From Klebsormidium nitens (Eukaryota > Plantae > Klebsormidiophyceae): a stretch of DNA of 64,000 bases. A program made the position numbers and the translations under genes. This document shows, piece after piece, positions 13,522-26,351 of this stretch. Where the stretch lies: contig DF237016.1 of assembly GCA_000708835.1 (NCBI GenBank), forward strand, positions 124,001 to 188,000, given 5' to 3'. The notes under the pieces are model-generated. The model searched no databases, was not told where the DNA came from, and saw only the letters and a program-made list of their open reading frames with translations. Position 1 is the stretch's first letter, and every line of letters begins with the position of its first letter.

Positions 13522-16500
13522 TCACTTGTCGCCGGGTCTCGAGACTGTAACAACTGTGACGGTGTTTCGGTCGTCCGACTTTGACTTTTTATCGTCCGAC
13601 TTTGACTTTTTATCTTCCTTCCCCTTTTTATCCTCTTTTCCCTTCTTCTCCTCCTTCCGTTTCTTCTCCTCTACAGGAGGTGGCACCGGATCCGGAGGAG
13701 GCGGAAACATTTTCGCCAGGTCCCTGCACAAGAGCGTTGGAAGAACTTGAGCACAACCGGAGATGCCCTCTGCAGTGCCCTTCTGCTGCAGGTTTCTCCT
13801 CGGCTGACGCGGCCACCCGCCCAGGCAACTTTGTCCATAGGCTCTCATGACGCCCACTCCTTTCGAATCGTTGCATTGCCGAACGTGTGGGCAACATCCT
13901 AATAGACGGGCAGCAAGCGGTAGAGCGATTTTCCGTGAGGACTTGGTCAGCGCCGTGGCTACTTCCAATTTCCCAAATTTTTTGACGCTGTAAGTCTTGC
14001 TTCCTATTTGAACGGATACTGCGGCTAACAACTCGGTTCAAAGAAAAGGCAAGAGAACACCCGTCTCCGCCTTCTAAAACGGCTCTCCTTTGCAACGATA
14101 TCAACAGGATAAGGAACCGTGATAAGTTTGTACCGGCCCAATATGTACCAGAATCCAAGGTGATAATGAGGATATTGCAACGGCTAGCGTACAATTGCAA
14201 GCCCGGCAAGATGGCCCCACGACAAGTCTGAATTTGCCCCACCTTCAGGTTCTCAATCTCGTATGATGTACAAGGGTCTATGCAGTGAGAAAAGGATGAG
14301 ACATGCAGCTTGCGCAGCAAGTGTACAAACGTATCAACTGTCGACTTAATATTTTGCGACACCCTTGACGGACATCAGCAGGCAACAGGCAATGCCCCTA
14401 GACCTCGCTTCAAAACGGTATATGCGGCGGACTCGAGCCATGCGGCGCTTCAGAATCTCCGGAGCCTGTATGACTTTTACCTCCCCAGGAGCCGCAGATT
14501 GCAAGGTCTTGCAGACATTCCGCAATCTGGAGGATTAAAAGCAGCCCAAGTTCTCAGACTCGGGCCAGATCTCAGCACTCTGCAAGTCTTCAAACCCGGC
14601 AGAACTTGCGGATTGTAAAAATGCTTCACTGGCAAAACCTTCCAAGATTTCAGCGGGCAGAAGCTGCACAACCCCACGATACAAAAAGGTATGAACGATT
14701 GTTACGCACCGGGGGAATTCGCCGAGCTCGTCCTGCGGCGCGCGCTGCTGCGGGTGCGAGAGGAGGACGCACATGGACTTGAAGACCGTCTTGGCCACGC
14801 CCGCCGCGCTTTCCAGCAGGTACAGCTCGTGCAGGGACACGGCCTCCAGGAACTGCACCAGCGCGTCGTACACCGCCTGCACCAAAAACATGCGCGGTTG
14901 CAATGAGGGGGTAGATATTTCAGGCTTTTGAGGACCTGTATTTTGAGGATTGCATTCGCGGGGCTGTTGAGATGTGCTCTATGTCAAGGGCTGGTAAGGT
15001 TTTGCGCGTTGTTTCGGATCATTTGCAGACGGGGGGTAAACGGGAATCGGGGGTCTGGGTAGTATGGCGCTGACTGTCCAGAGCCGTCCAAGGGACGGAC
15101 CTCTGGCACTGGATCTCAAAATCGGCGCTTCAGAGCATGGGACCGTCGGGGTTCTACCTCAGACTCTGTTCTAGATTAGAATCTTGAAAGTTAGATTTGC
15201 TTCACACTGAAACTCGGGCTCTTTCAGCCGGTTCCTGTTCGGGGTGGCACGAATAGGGAACTTAGCGTTCTCAGATCTGGACTTTGACGGTTATCGACTC
15301 TTGTATGCAATCAGCGGAGATTGCCAGGTGTCTCCAGAACGAAAGCGCAGCCAGTGATATGGAACGAAAGGAGAATCTCGCTTCGGACGTAGAACTTCGA
15401 GGGCAAGCAGAACAGCACTCACTCAAACGAAATTGAAGCACAAGGGCGTTGGGTGCGGACACAGCCTAACCTGCGGGCAGTTGTCCCGGTTCGGCTTGTC
15501 GTGGAGGTAGATGGCATCGCAAGTGAACGTGCGGAGAGAGGCGGGCCACTCCACCGCCATTGTTGGGAGGACGCTGGACCGTACGTACACCAAGATCTGC
15601 GAACGAAAAGTAGCCTTTGCACCACTTCTCTGGTAGAAGTCTCAATACTTGCAACTGCTACGCCGAGCCTACTGGAAAGATGTCCGCTAGATCTGCCCCA
15701 TGCAGGTTACAACTGGGGCAACTGAACACTTTTGAACTCAAGAAGCATTCGAGATGCAAGAGAGACAGGATCAAAAAGCATTTGCCTTGTCTTCTTGATG
15801 GCCTTAAAAGGTGCAATGAACAAATAGTCTTTCGAACCCAAAGCAGATTGAGCGCCTGCTAAGGAGGGCTCCTAGTGTCAATGAGACCCCTCTGATAACG
15901 GGCACCCTCCCCGACATGTAAGTCAGATCGATTCTTCCAGGAACAAAGGTCCGAATGCAAGGCTCGACTGGCTGCGTCTTGTCTGATTTACAGATGCGAC
16001 TATAGGATTCTGGAGCTTGCCAGACTGGCACAAACGGCTTGGGAAGCCATTGGAAAGCCGCGGAAGCAGGATATGAGAGTATGTCGCCACTGGAAACTTC
16101 CAGCGACAGGCTAACCGGGCAGATTCGTAGTTAGACGAAAACGTGGGCCCCGCGAAATCCATTTCTCCTTCAAAAGTACCAGATCTTATTCGATTGAGCG
16201 CGACCTGGGAGAATGAGATCAGCTCACCACTCGGACAAGACGATCTGTCCGGGCCTTGGCCTCAGCAGCCGCCATTTTGAAGAGCTCCAGCAGATCGCAG
16301 GAGAGAAAGAGGCCCTGCGAGGAGAGCGCCTGGATGGACTGCTGGAGGGACTCGAAGTGGTTGGTGAACTCGCGGTGGTGCTGCAGAAACGAAAGACAGC
16401 AGCTCAGTCTTGAGGCGAATAGGTGAAGAAAACTTCAGAATAGGTACTCTGATCAGGCAGAGAAGAGAGAGACGCCGGTCTGACAATAGACAGACACGGA

Positions 16501-17601
16501 AAGAGTGGCCAGGAAGAGACATGTGATGTGGACAAGTTGTACAGGTATGGATGGCAAAGAACTAGGCGCTGGACCACAGCATCTGCATCTGATTGGAGGA
16601 GTGTGCCCAGCGTCAAGAGGTAGAGCACGACATCCAGATTGCGGGTCACCCATATCTGTGAACGCCCCCACGATCCACTGAGGTCCCTCCAACTTAAGAG
16701 TAACTGTCATAACTCTGATGCCAGGGCCTCCTTCAAGAAAAAAGTCTAAAGAAACCCGGCAAAGCCGTCAAAGGACCCTTGGGGGTTCATAGTGTTCTCT
16801 ACAGCGACTCACAGAGAGTGCAACTGTACCCCAGCATGTGTCAGCATCAGAATCAAGGCAAAATTGTGGCCCCTGCTCAGAAGAAGCTAGAAAAGTAAGA
16901 ATACTGGGAGACTGTTTGAGACAAAGGTCGCAGCACAGACAGCTCTTGATTGTATCAACAGTCAAAAGTTCGGAGTGCCAGATGACCTGAGAAAAGCGGA
17001 GAGGGGGTTGTGAATTGCAATAGTGCCATTCTTTTCCTCTGAATTCAATGCAGAATCTCCCATGATTATTTGGGCAGGGTGACTTATCGAGTTCAAGAGT
17101 TATGAAGCATGTGGTGGTGTGATCACGGTGTAATATAAACAGACACACGACTTTCCCCAGTAGGATCCTGCCCTCACACATGTCTTTAGATGTATTATGT
17201 CTAAAAGCATCGACAGTTTGGAAGTGCTTGTCAGCTTACTTTGAAAAGACCACTCAAGGATCTCGGTCCACATGGCTGTGGACTGAGCCATTCAGTGGCG
17301 CATGTCAAATAAGAGATGTCAAAGCACTGACCCATTTGGCCGTGTCGCCAAGCGTGACCACCGCAAACCTGTGCCTCGAATCCATTGCAAGCTTGGCCGT
17401 TACAAAGAGCAGCAATGCCTGCTTGATTGCCACCAGCCTGGACGAGGTCGCTCCTTTCATCTCTGTGTCCACTGCTCGATCGACATCCACACAGAAGATG
17501 ATGTCCTCAGGCTGATGGGGCAGCCCTGCCACTCTGTACGCTGATGATGAATTGGGCTCGGTGTCCTGGTCCTTGATTTGGTGCATGTCGAGGGCAGCCA
17601 T
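13522..17601 (-). CDS. BABAM1: BRISC and BRCA1-A complex member 1 (MERIT40/NBA1), VWA domain; 5 exons, about 305 aa
   Basis: Exons (minus): 17601-17332, 16380-16228, 15596-15471, 14876-14710, 13723-13522; phases consistent. Motifs: PEDIIFCVDVD..EMK..RLVAIKQALLLFVTAKLAMDSRHRFAVVTLG; CDLLELF; ILVYVRSS..FTCDAIYLHDKPNRDNCPQAVYDALV..MCVLLSHPQQRAPQDEL. Confidence 0.92.
13571..13672. repeat. Coding tandem duplications (21-bp unit x2 plus degenerate 15-18-bp units) forming the Lys/Asp/Glu-rich BABAM1 tail
   Basis: tcgtccgactttgactttttatcgtccgactttgactttttatc encodes (DKKSKSD)x2; the adjacent sequence encodes KKGKEDKKGKED. Confidence 0.85.
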
Positions 17602-18848
17602 GGACTCAAAATGTTTGGAGCTTCAGTGCTCAGCTTGCGAAGAGCTCATCATCCAGACGCGATGTGGTTCAACATTGCGGGATAAATGAGGACATATTTG
17701 ACAGCATTTTAGAAGTCTCTCATGAAAGGGACGCCAATGCTGTGCCAAAAGCACGAGCGCTCCGCAGAGTTGGATCTCTTGGCATAGCAGAACAGCAGCT
17801 CGCAAGCCCTGTTGTTGAAGCTGGAAATTCGTGTTGCTGCAGCAGCAGCACTAAAATTAGGGTTTCTTCCTGTGCATGCGCTCCGTCCGCTGCTTCCGTT
17901 GATCGGAAACGGAACGGACTTCGATGACGAAAAGATCGAATAATATGTACGGACGGTAAAGGTTGGTAATGGCTGTATTTGGCAGAGGAATGCTACTTTT
18001 ACGAAATGTCAGAAAAATATAAAATACTCTGCCGAAATGTCAGATCGATTAGAAACTAATTATTCGGCACGCTGACCGACGAAATCAAACGCTGGTACGG
18101 TACCAACCTTTTCGTGTCTCAAACGTGGACCAAACGTCACGGTTTTGTACGAAGATAGCCACTTGAGACATCCAGATTTTCAAAATATATTATCACCCGA
18201 CTTGGTTATTTCTCAGAATTCGGGTCGGTCGGGGACAGGAAACCGGCAATCAAATTCGGACTGCCTAACGTGCTCTGCTAGAAAAGTCCCGTCCGTTCTC
18301 GACATACGGTGCCTTGCTTTTCCTGCCCCATTCCTTGTCATCCCTCCTTCGGTGGGAAGCGCTTTGTTTCTTGAAAAGCAGGGCGGCTTGGAGTCGCAGG
18401 AGCGCCCTAAGGTTTGCACAGTCTAGAAAGAGGTAAGTATCCTGGCGCACCCAGTTTTGCCAGGTGCCAATCCAGGGGGTTTCTGGGACCGGGTGTCTGA
18501 ATACTCTCTGCTTGGGCCTACTCCGATGAGTAGGTTTCGTGAATCCTGTTGTTTGTTTACAGTTATCCTCCTAATGGTATCTGGTCAATAGGGTTTATCG
18601 ATTCTGTCTTTTGTTCACAGTTATGCTCCTAATGGTGCACGCTTGCTGATTAGGCCAAGGCTCTGTATCTTCAAGCACAGGCAGCTTGTAGATGGGGATT
18701 CGCTGAATCGCTCCCCTCCTTCGTTTGCAGTATTTCAGATACAGGGATTGGACCATGGAAAAGATTCGAGTTTCCGACGAGGAGATTATAGTGGACAGCA
18801 TGATTTTGGCAAGCAGAAGTGAAAAGGAGAATCCTGCTCTACCGAGCT

Positions 18849-20960
18849 ATGGTGAGTAAGGGTACTATTGCTGGTTTTAGAACCATTCTTGTTGTTGAGC
18901 AGGAAGCACAAGAGGAGGCATTTTCAGCAGCTTGCTGACATTTCATGTAGTTTCCTCAATGAAGAGGAAACTATCATCCGTGGAACATCCTTAGAGAGAA
19001 TCTACTTATTCAGTCTGACCAGCTATTGTGGCGGGTTCGCAGGGTGAATGTCTGGTTTTGGCATTGCTCAAGCATGAAGCCCTCTTGCAGGTCGCAACCT
19101 GGTGCCCTACTTCTGCCCCAACAGCTCAGCAAATCCGGGCGAGGAAGATTTGAATGTCGCTACTGACCTAGATGCCTATCGCAGGTCAGCATTAGTCAGT
19201 CAGAAACTGCAAGTGCTTGCAATTTTTAGGTTTTGTTTGAGGAGGCATGCAGTGCCATCTGCCCAGCAGCATTGCCTGTTGCTCTGCAGAAGGGATCGTC
19301 TTGATTGTTTACACTGTTGCAGAGGTTGATGAAATGTTTTTGATCGTTAGGGCCGGAGGGGAGATCCATGCTATCCCTCAACCCGAAGCAAGCAAAGATG
19401 GCGCTGCGAAGGTGTCTCTGCGCTGCGGCGCTGAGCTTTCTGAACTGGGCAGGAGCTTTAGCAAGCCCTTGAAGATGCGGAAGAGAGGAGCAGCAGCCAG
19501 AGGCAGGGTGAGCTGAAAACGTCTGGGTCCCTTTTGGCAGGCTCTTGCCAACGCGTTTTTCTCCTTTTGGCAAAGGCGTTACAGTAGCACAGGAGCGTGG
19601 CTGCAAGTGGTTTGAGTTGCGCACGCAGATTGGATTTGGGTTTTAGAGCTGGTTTGGATTTCCTCCTCGTGTTCACTTTTGGTAGGGTTATGAGTTCCTT
19701 TCAGCATCGTTAGGGGTTGTCATGTAGGGTTTGGTGTTATGCTATTGTGCTGAGGATCTGCCTCTTGCGAGGTTTTTATTGCTGTTGTTGTATGTGCTGC
19801 TTCAAGAGGTGCCATAGCTGAACCGTTTCCAGTTCCTCCCTTTTGTGCAGACCAAGGTGACAGCTGAGTCAGTTTCCTCCCCAACGTCGCCGCTAGACGG
19901 CGCTCCTGTCCTGACGTCATCATCTTCCGACAGCGACACAACCGACTCTGAGCAGCAACACAGGGCAGGGTCTGTCCTGCTTGCTCAGGGCCCGACTTGG
20001 CAGCAGGAGGAATTGGCGAGGAGCCCTGTCAAAGTGCAGAAGAAACCCTCCAAGCTTAACGGCAAAGGGGACCGCTCGGGCCCCAAGCCCGACTGCGCGG
20101 GATCAGCAAAGCCTAGTCAGCACGTCAAGAAGCAGCCAGCTGCGAGCAGCAGGAACATCCCCTCCGCTAGCCCCGTGCTTCGGGCACGCCAGGGGAGCGC
20201 GCAGAGATCATCAAGGGTTTCTGAATCCAGGTCAACTCTGCCGGAGCGCTTTGCCGGAGCCGCCTTCCACAACTCCCCGGCCCCTAGCTGCCTGCCCATA
20301 CCGTCCTTCGTTCATCAGGTGGGTAATTTAGAGCGGGGTCAAGTTTGATGAGCTTCGCAAGGCTGCGTCTTTGGAAGTTGGTTGGTTTTTCCTGCTCAAG
20401 TGCTTGTTCAGGATCGTGCTCGTTTGAAACTTCTGCTACTGTCAATGGGTCTAGGATACATTGAGTGGCAGGGAACCCAAATTGGGAGTCTCAATGTCAT
20501 TCTTCTTTGCAAAGTTTGGGCCTCACTGATGGACTTCAAACTTGATTGAACGGAACTTGCAGTCATGGGCCCATTGGAGCTACCAATCTGACATGTTTAC
20601 AACCTTATCTTGCTGCAGAAGGGACAGGACAGCCTGGCTCTAGCGCAGCGGAACCTCTTCCCGTCCCCCCCGCGTGCGTCGTCCCCTTCCCAGGAGGGGC
20701 TCCTGTCCCCCCAGCCCTCAACGCCGATTGCAGGCCTCTGCACACCAGACGTTCTCAGGACTCCCAGCCCGATGGCTGCAACCGCTTTGGCTTCACAGAG
20801 CGGGCGCGATGTTCAGCAGGGGAGTGCGGAGCAGGCCACCCGCAAACTGCACGAGTTGCTTAAGCTGGGGACGCCGTCGCCTGCGCCAAACCCGATTAGC
20901 GATCGGGCCCAGTCGCAGGTTGCGACGGCGAGTCTCAGGAGGATGCTGCAGTTGGCCTAG
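18849..20960 (+). CDS. Low-complexity protein with a PNRC/Edc1-type motif (putative mRNA decapping co-activator); about 270 aa, N-terminus uncertain
   Basis: Exons 19851-20318 and 20619-20960 (phase 0); ATG 18849-18851 is followed directly by a GTGAGT donor, so a 3-nt first coding exon is proposed. Contains ERFAGAAFHNSPAPSCLPIPSF, which matches the PNRC/Edc1 (Y/F)AG..F...P.PS.LP.P motif. Confidence 0.72.
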
Positions 20961-22837
20961 GAAGGGTCGGGGCCCACCAAAGGTGTCGTCAAGTGGGTAA
21001 TCTAGGGTCTCTGGCAGCGTAGCGGCGCGTTGCTAGGGGAAGTGGTCCGGTCGAGAGTCAGAGATCAGAGTCCTGTGCTCAACCCTCCTGCTGCTTTGCG
21101 GGGGAGCTCGAGCGGAGCCCTTTGTTCTTGTAGGTCGTGCCGCAGGTCGTAGTTGCAGCATAGCTGCCCTGTGCTTGAGAGGGGTTCCTCCAAATTGTAC
21201 ATACTGTAGGAGGGTCCGCTCGAGCGCAGTGCAGCCTATTATAAGATCCGCAGTCGTGATAATCATTTGGGGCTAGGGTAGATGTAAAGTCGACAAGGCT
21301 GCAGCATTCAGCCCAAGTGCTCGGTCAGTTTAGTTTGCATGAGCTTTCTCTAGTCAACGTCAAAGTCGCCCGCAGCCATAATTACGGGTCAGTGTTGATT
21401 TGGACATGTACAGCAAAGCTAGCGGAAGGTCTGAAGCTGTAGCTTACCCGAGTCTTAAGGGTTTAAGCGCGGTTTTGGGGGGTTCCTGGGATGGAGCTGT
21501 AAAGAAGCACGACGGAGAGACTGAGAGGGAGGGCCATAGCAAGGCCATGGGAAGCGCAGGATTCATGGTTTTCCACGAGCTGGGGTAAAGGATTGAACTG
21601 GCTGGGAGCGCCAGGAATGCAGAGGTGATTGATGGGTGATGGGCTGGCGATGGAGAAGAGCATATGGGCTGGGAAGACGGTCTGGGTACGATGAGAAAAG
21701 ACGTTTGCAGGAGAAGTCCGAGAGAAGAATATTGAAAAATAGAAGAGAGCCCCACTGAGACAAGCATCCAAGCGAAATATCAATCTGGATGGTCTAATAT
21801 GGATACATATGCTGCATCCGCTCGAATGATCCTGAATTTTGCATGATTTTCAGCCAGCTGTATGAATGGGGTGTTTTAGTTCTAGTTCGACTTCAGTTGA
21901 TTCAACATCGATTCCTTAATTGGTGACGGTCATCACTTGTGAGAACTGCACATCTACATACGGTAGTATGTGTGCACGGCGGCCGCGCATCAATGTGCAG
22001 CGATCGCGAGTCAGTGTGCTTATTTCTGTCTCTTTTGTCGGACTGCCCGCGGTGGTGATTCAGTGAAAGTGCCAGCGTGTTAATTTGAAAATTTATGTCA
22101 TAGCTGGGATCACATATATTCTTGATAGCGCATCCGACTCGATTAACGTACGGTGCCCGCCATGTTGAAACACGCATCATCATTAGATTGGGCTCGGCTC
22201 TGAGCCTGGTATGGCATGCAATAGCGTGCATGAAATATACGAATCAGCCTCTGTACTGGCATGCACTTGAATGCAATATGTACCGCTATATAGCTACAGC
22301 TACTTTGCACATGAAGTAATTTCCAACATTAACTGGCGGTTGACATGCATTCTTTGTGTAAGTTATGAGATACCCCCTACGATCAAAAAGAATGAATCTC
22401 ATTCAAGCTGGAATATGTATAAAGAGGCTAGTTCGAAGCACTAAGGTGGATCACCTGATTGAAACACACGAACGTATCAAGACAAACGTCAGCTGTTTAC
22501 TCAGCAAGCCGTGCAGGCAAGTGCCTTCCTACCATACTCTACAGTAAACTATACTCAGTTTGGAGCTTGTTTGAACGGACCCGGTTGGAAAAGATGCAAC
22601 GTTAAATGCTGGACAGATTCTTCCAGTCGCTTTGCATGCCTTAGCTCGGAACTCCTATTGTCAAGGTCAACCCGAAGTAACCGGACAGTCCGCAGATCCT
22701 CAGCCAAAAAGACACCTCATTCCTACACCTTACACCTGAACTCCGAATGAATCACCTGTCCCCATGTACAGGTTGCAGACTGCAACTTGGGCACCTGCCT
22801 AATCTAAACAGCCTGGTTCTTGAATATATAGCAACTC

Positions 22838-25800
22838 TCAGCAATCAGCGAACTCCAAGAATGGTAGTGAATTGTGCTCCCAACGCTCTGCCTTTTCCGA
22901 CTCGACCGGAGCGGAGATCTGCTTTGCAGCTTTCGTGGGCGACCTGTCTCTTAGGACCGAATGAGGGGACGGTGCATTGCTAGAGGGCTCCTCATCTGGT
23001 TCACTTTGCGCCAGGGCAGATGCAGGCGCAACAGGGGACTCGATGATCTTCGGCACCACCTGCAGCCATTGCAAGTAGCTGCCGCTTAAGGAGGGGTCTC
23101 CAGAACGGGGCAGACAACGTAATACACAGTCTGTCTGGCAACTTCCCAGCACTGCATGAGTACAAGAAGGCACACCTCTTTCGTCCGAACACTAGCGGTT
23201 CGTACACTTAACGGGGTAGGTAAGAACATTCTGCCAACTCGATGAATACAACTTAGGAACCAAAGCTCGATATTGAGATCCAAAGTCCCATCGTTCAGGG
23301 AGTCGTTACAGTGACCTTTTCAAGCGCACTATCAAACAGCAGGCTCGTCTCTATTTATCCAATCCTCAACCGTGAAAAGCAGACCATTGCAAAGGTCTCT
23401 GACCAGCTTCGAAGACTATGACGACCTTTCCAAAGACACCGCCAAGACCCGACCGAATACGGCGCCCCACCTCTAGGTCCCGGCCAATGACCACCATGGC
23501 GCCCGCGTTGCATATGGACCCGCAGTAGTTGGTCGCCGAGAAGATGGTGATCAGCCGGCCGCCCGCAAACCGCTCGATGCCGTCCATAACGCACTCGTGC
23601 GCCCGGAGAATCAGGTCAATCTTGTTGCGGTCGCAAAACTTGTGGACCTGCAGAGGAAAGGACGGGCTGGAATCCACATGGCCACGATTTCAAGCAAAGC
23701 CGCAAACCAGGTTCCTAGTGAAAGGGAAGACTGCTTTCTGAAGTAACGACGTTTTCGAAGCACGTCACATGTGACTGCTCAGTATCTCGAATCTATCGAT
23801 TTCAAAGAGGAACACTGGGTTCATGTGTCCAAGGAAGAGCAGACATCGTCAAAAGATGGACGTGACGTACTGCAGCTTTTTCCTATGGAGGGTTGCGAGA
23901 CTCTCAGCAGAGTACCAAAAGTAGTACCCAACAAGTGTATGTAGATACCGAGACTACCAGAAAAATACCAACTCTGCTTCGACAGGATCGAAGCAGACTT
24001 TTCCGCAACCAGCTTTCATCAAACCCTTAAATGAAAGCTCATGACTAATGGCAAGTATCTGTCACCTGGTGGCTTTAATGCGTGGCCAGAGAAGCAACGA
24101 AGAAGAGTCACCAAAACGGGATACAAGAGGAGCGAAACGACATAGCGGCCGATAATTCATTCAAATCGATGTTCTAGTAACGAGCTGCGCTTAAAATTGC
24201 CCGCCTACAACTAGGAAACACAACTCTCCGCAATTGAGTTCGGGAGCAGTCCGACTCTGGACAAGCAGTCCAACTTCTAAAATGTCACACGTGCACCGTC
24301 CTGGCTGGACTGTGTTCCCGATCCATTTCGCGATCACCACTCTTCCGCGGCCGTCAACAGAACGACCGAAGGGCACGCATCAAGCAAAGAGACGCTCCGG
24401 ATGGCTTGTGCCGCAACCAAGCGCGACAGTTAGTGCCTGCCTCACCTGATCAGGGCCGAACGCCGACACCCCAGGGCCCCGCTTGCTGCTGGTGAACCCT
24501 TGGACGGAATCATCGGAGGTCGGGTCCGACCAGAGCAGGTCCTTGACCACGGACGGGGGCCCGTCCAACGAGACGCTGCAGGGCCGCTTCACACCCTCAA
24601 TATCGGCGATGGTATGCACCGTCTGCAGGGGTAGTACAGGCGGGTGTGAACGTCAGATAGGAAGGCAAACTGGGCTATCCGAAAGGGATTCAATCAGCGT
24701 GCTTGCCGAATCTTGGTCGAGACGTCTGCAGTGAACTGCGATGTCTGCACGGAAGTTCAAACTCTCTGGGCGGTTGAGAGACATCGCACACTAGAATGAG
24801 GAGACGACTCACAGGAACCTTCAATCAACACATCTAAACGGCTTGCGAATCAAGCAGCATGAAATCAACTTCGATATGGTGAAGGCGCAACGACTTTAGT
24901 CTTACGGAAACGAATCAAACGCTGGAGAATGCATGGATAACGAAGCAAGGTACGTGCCTGCTTCGGCTTGTCAACTCACCTGTCCAATCCCACCGTGTAT
25001 GCACAAAATCTTGTCTGCAATGAGCGCCCCCACCGGCAGGTAATTGAAGACCGAATTGACGGTCGTCCAGCAGCGCGCCCCAATCTCCCGCCCCAGCCTC
25101 TGGCAGCATTCCGCCATGAATCCAAACATGCAGTTCACACTGGCATCCTCGTGATTGCCCCGCAGTAGATGCACATGCGTCGGGTTCTCAATCTTGAGGG
25201 CAAACAGCAGACAGACGACTTCCAGGCTGTGCCTCCCGCGGTCGACGTAGTCACCTGCAAATGACCCCAGTGACCGCTATCAGAATAGCAGACTTGTTGA
25301 ACTGACTGCTCAGTGATAAGGCGCAACTTTAACAGAGCTTGGACTTTGAACCATTGCTCAAGAGACTCCGAGCATCGTTACCAGAATTCACCAATCTCAG
25401 GTGCAATGATAATATTCCGGAATTGTAGACAGTACTAGTCTCTTCTCAGACAGACTTTTGCTGTGTCCGCCTGTGACTCACCTAGGAACAGGTAGTCATA
25501 CGCGGCAATGTCCCCGTTCGCGTCGAGTTTGGATGGGCTTCCGTAGGCGTCAAACAACCTGGAAGGCGTGGCAGTTGCTTCGTTTGTCAGCGGCGGCCAC
25601 ACCCTTGTCCAGCGCAGTGCTCTCGGCCCCCAAATCATATTCAGACCCAAGCCAGGGCAGCTGATTAGCATACAAAGTGCTCTAAAACACAGATGGAAGG
25701 AGCCAGCAGGTTAGGGCCTGTCAATGGGCCTTACCGCATGAGGTCTGCGTACTGGCCGTGCACGTCCCCAAACACCTTCACTGGTGCCTGCACTCTGAGA

Positions 25801-26351
25801 CAGGAGCCCTCTTTCTCCACCAGAGCTTCTGTCTGCATGCAGAGGTCGATCACCTCCCCCCCACACAAAGGAAAGGTCCTCTCGGGAGGCGGTTTCCAGT
25901 CCGCAGGCTTGAGCAACAGCCGGATAGCCTTAGCTGCTACACTCTCTCCCTCCTCAGGCTGCTTCATGATGGGGCTTGGAGAACCGCCTCTCGACAGGCG
26001 CCTTCCTTCTGCTGGGAGGTCGCCTAGACTGACCCTTCTTCCTGGTTCTAGTTTGACACTCGCCCCATCCTCCCAGCCGGAAGAGTCAGAATCCAGTTGC
26101 TGGGATCTTGAGGTGGAGATTACTGCTTGATCTGACACACTGACGTCAAAGTGCTCTTGAGCTCTTTCATAAGCAGCGCTCTCCGGCCCGTCCATCCTAG
26201 TTGGCTCTTGATTCGCACTGTCCATCGGTGGCATGGTTTGCCCCTTCTGCCCCTGTTCAGCGTCACAAACAAAACCCGAGAATTGCTCTGCGCTGATGGT
26301 GCGCACTCTTTTGAGAGAGCCGGATGTACTTGGGAGCAGCTCTGAGGCCAT
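22838..26351 (-). CDS. PPP-family Ser/Thr phosphatase of the BSU1/BSL (PPKL) type, catalytic domain only; 6 exons, about 514 aa
   Basis: Exons (minus): 26351-25735, 25558-25482, 25254-24980, 24622-24446, 23647-23471, 23059-22838; phases consistent. PPP motifs GDVHGQ, GDYVDRG, RGNHE, HGGIG, DLLWSDP, RAHECVMDG are intact. BSL-type features: LLLKPADWKPPPERTF, RLFDAYGSPS..GDIAAYDYLFLG, FSATNYCG, GRDLEVVPKII. The last exon and stop are less certain. Confidence 0.9.

Noticed and set aside
13724-14362. 244-aa same-strand ORF (13628-14362) lying mostly in BABAM1 intron 4
   Set aside because: No recognisable domain, no coding-like codon bias by eye, and the BABAM1 model is complete without it.
16490-16660. 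Hydrophobic ORF fragment in BABAM1 intron 1 (VTRNLDVVLYLLTLGTLLQSDAD..)
   Set aside because: Exon 1 joins the 16380 exon in phase and restores the expected VWA sequence; nothing supports this as an exon.
21400-21783. Several overlapping ORFs and a purine-rich tract downstream of the PNRC-motif gene (similar tract at 11977-12160)
   Set aside because: Compositional 3'-flank bias producing low-complexity ORFs; no splice or motif support.
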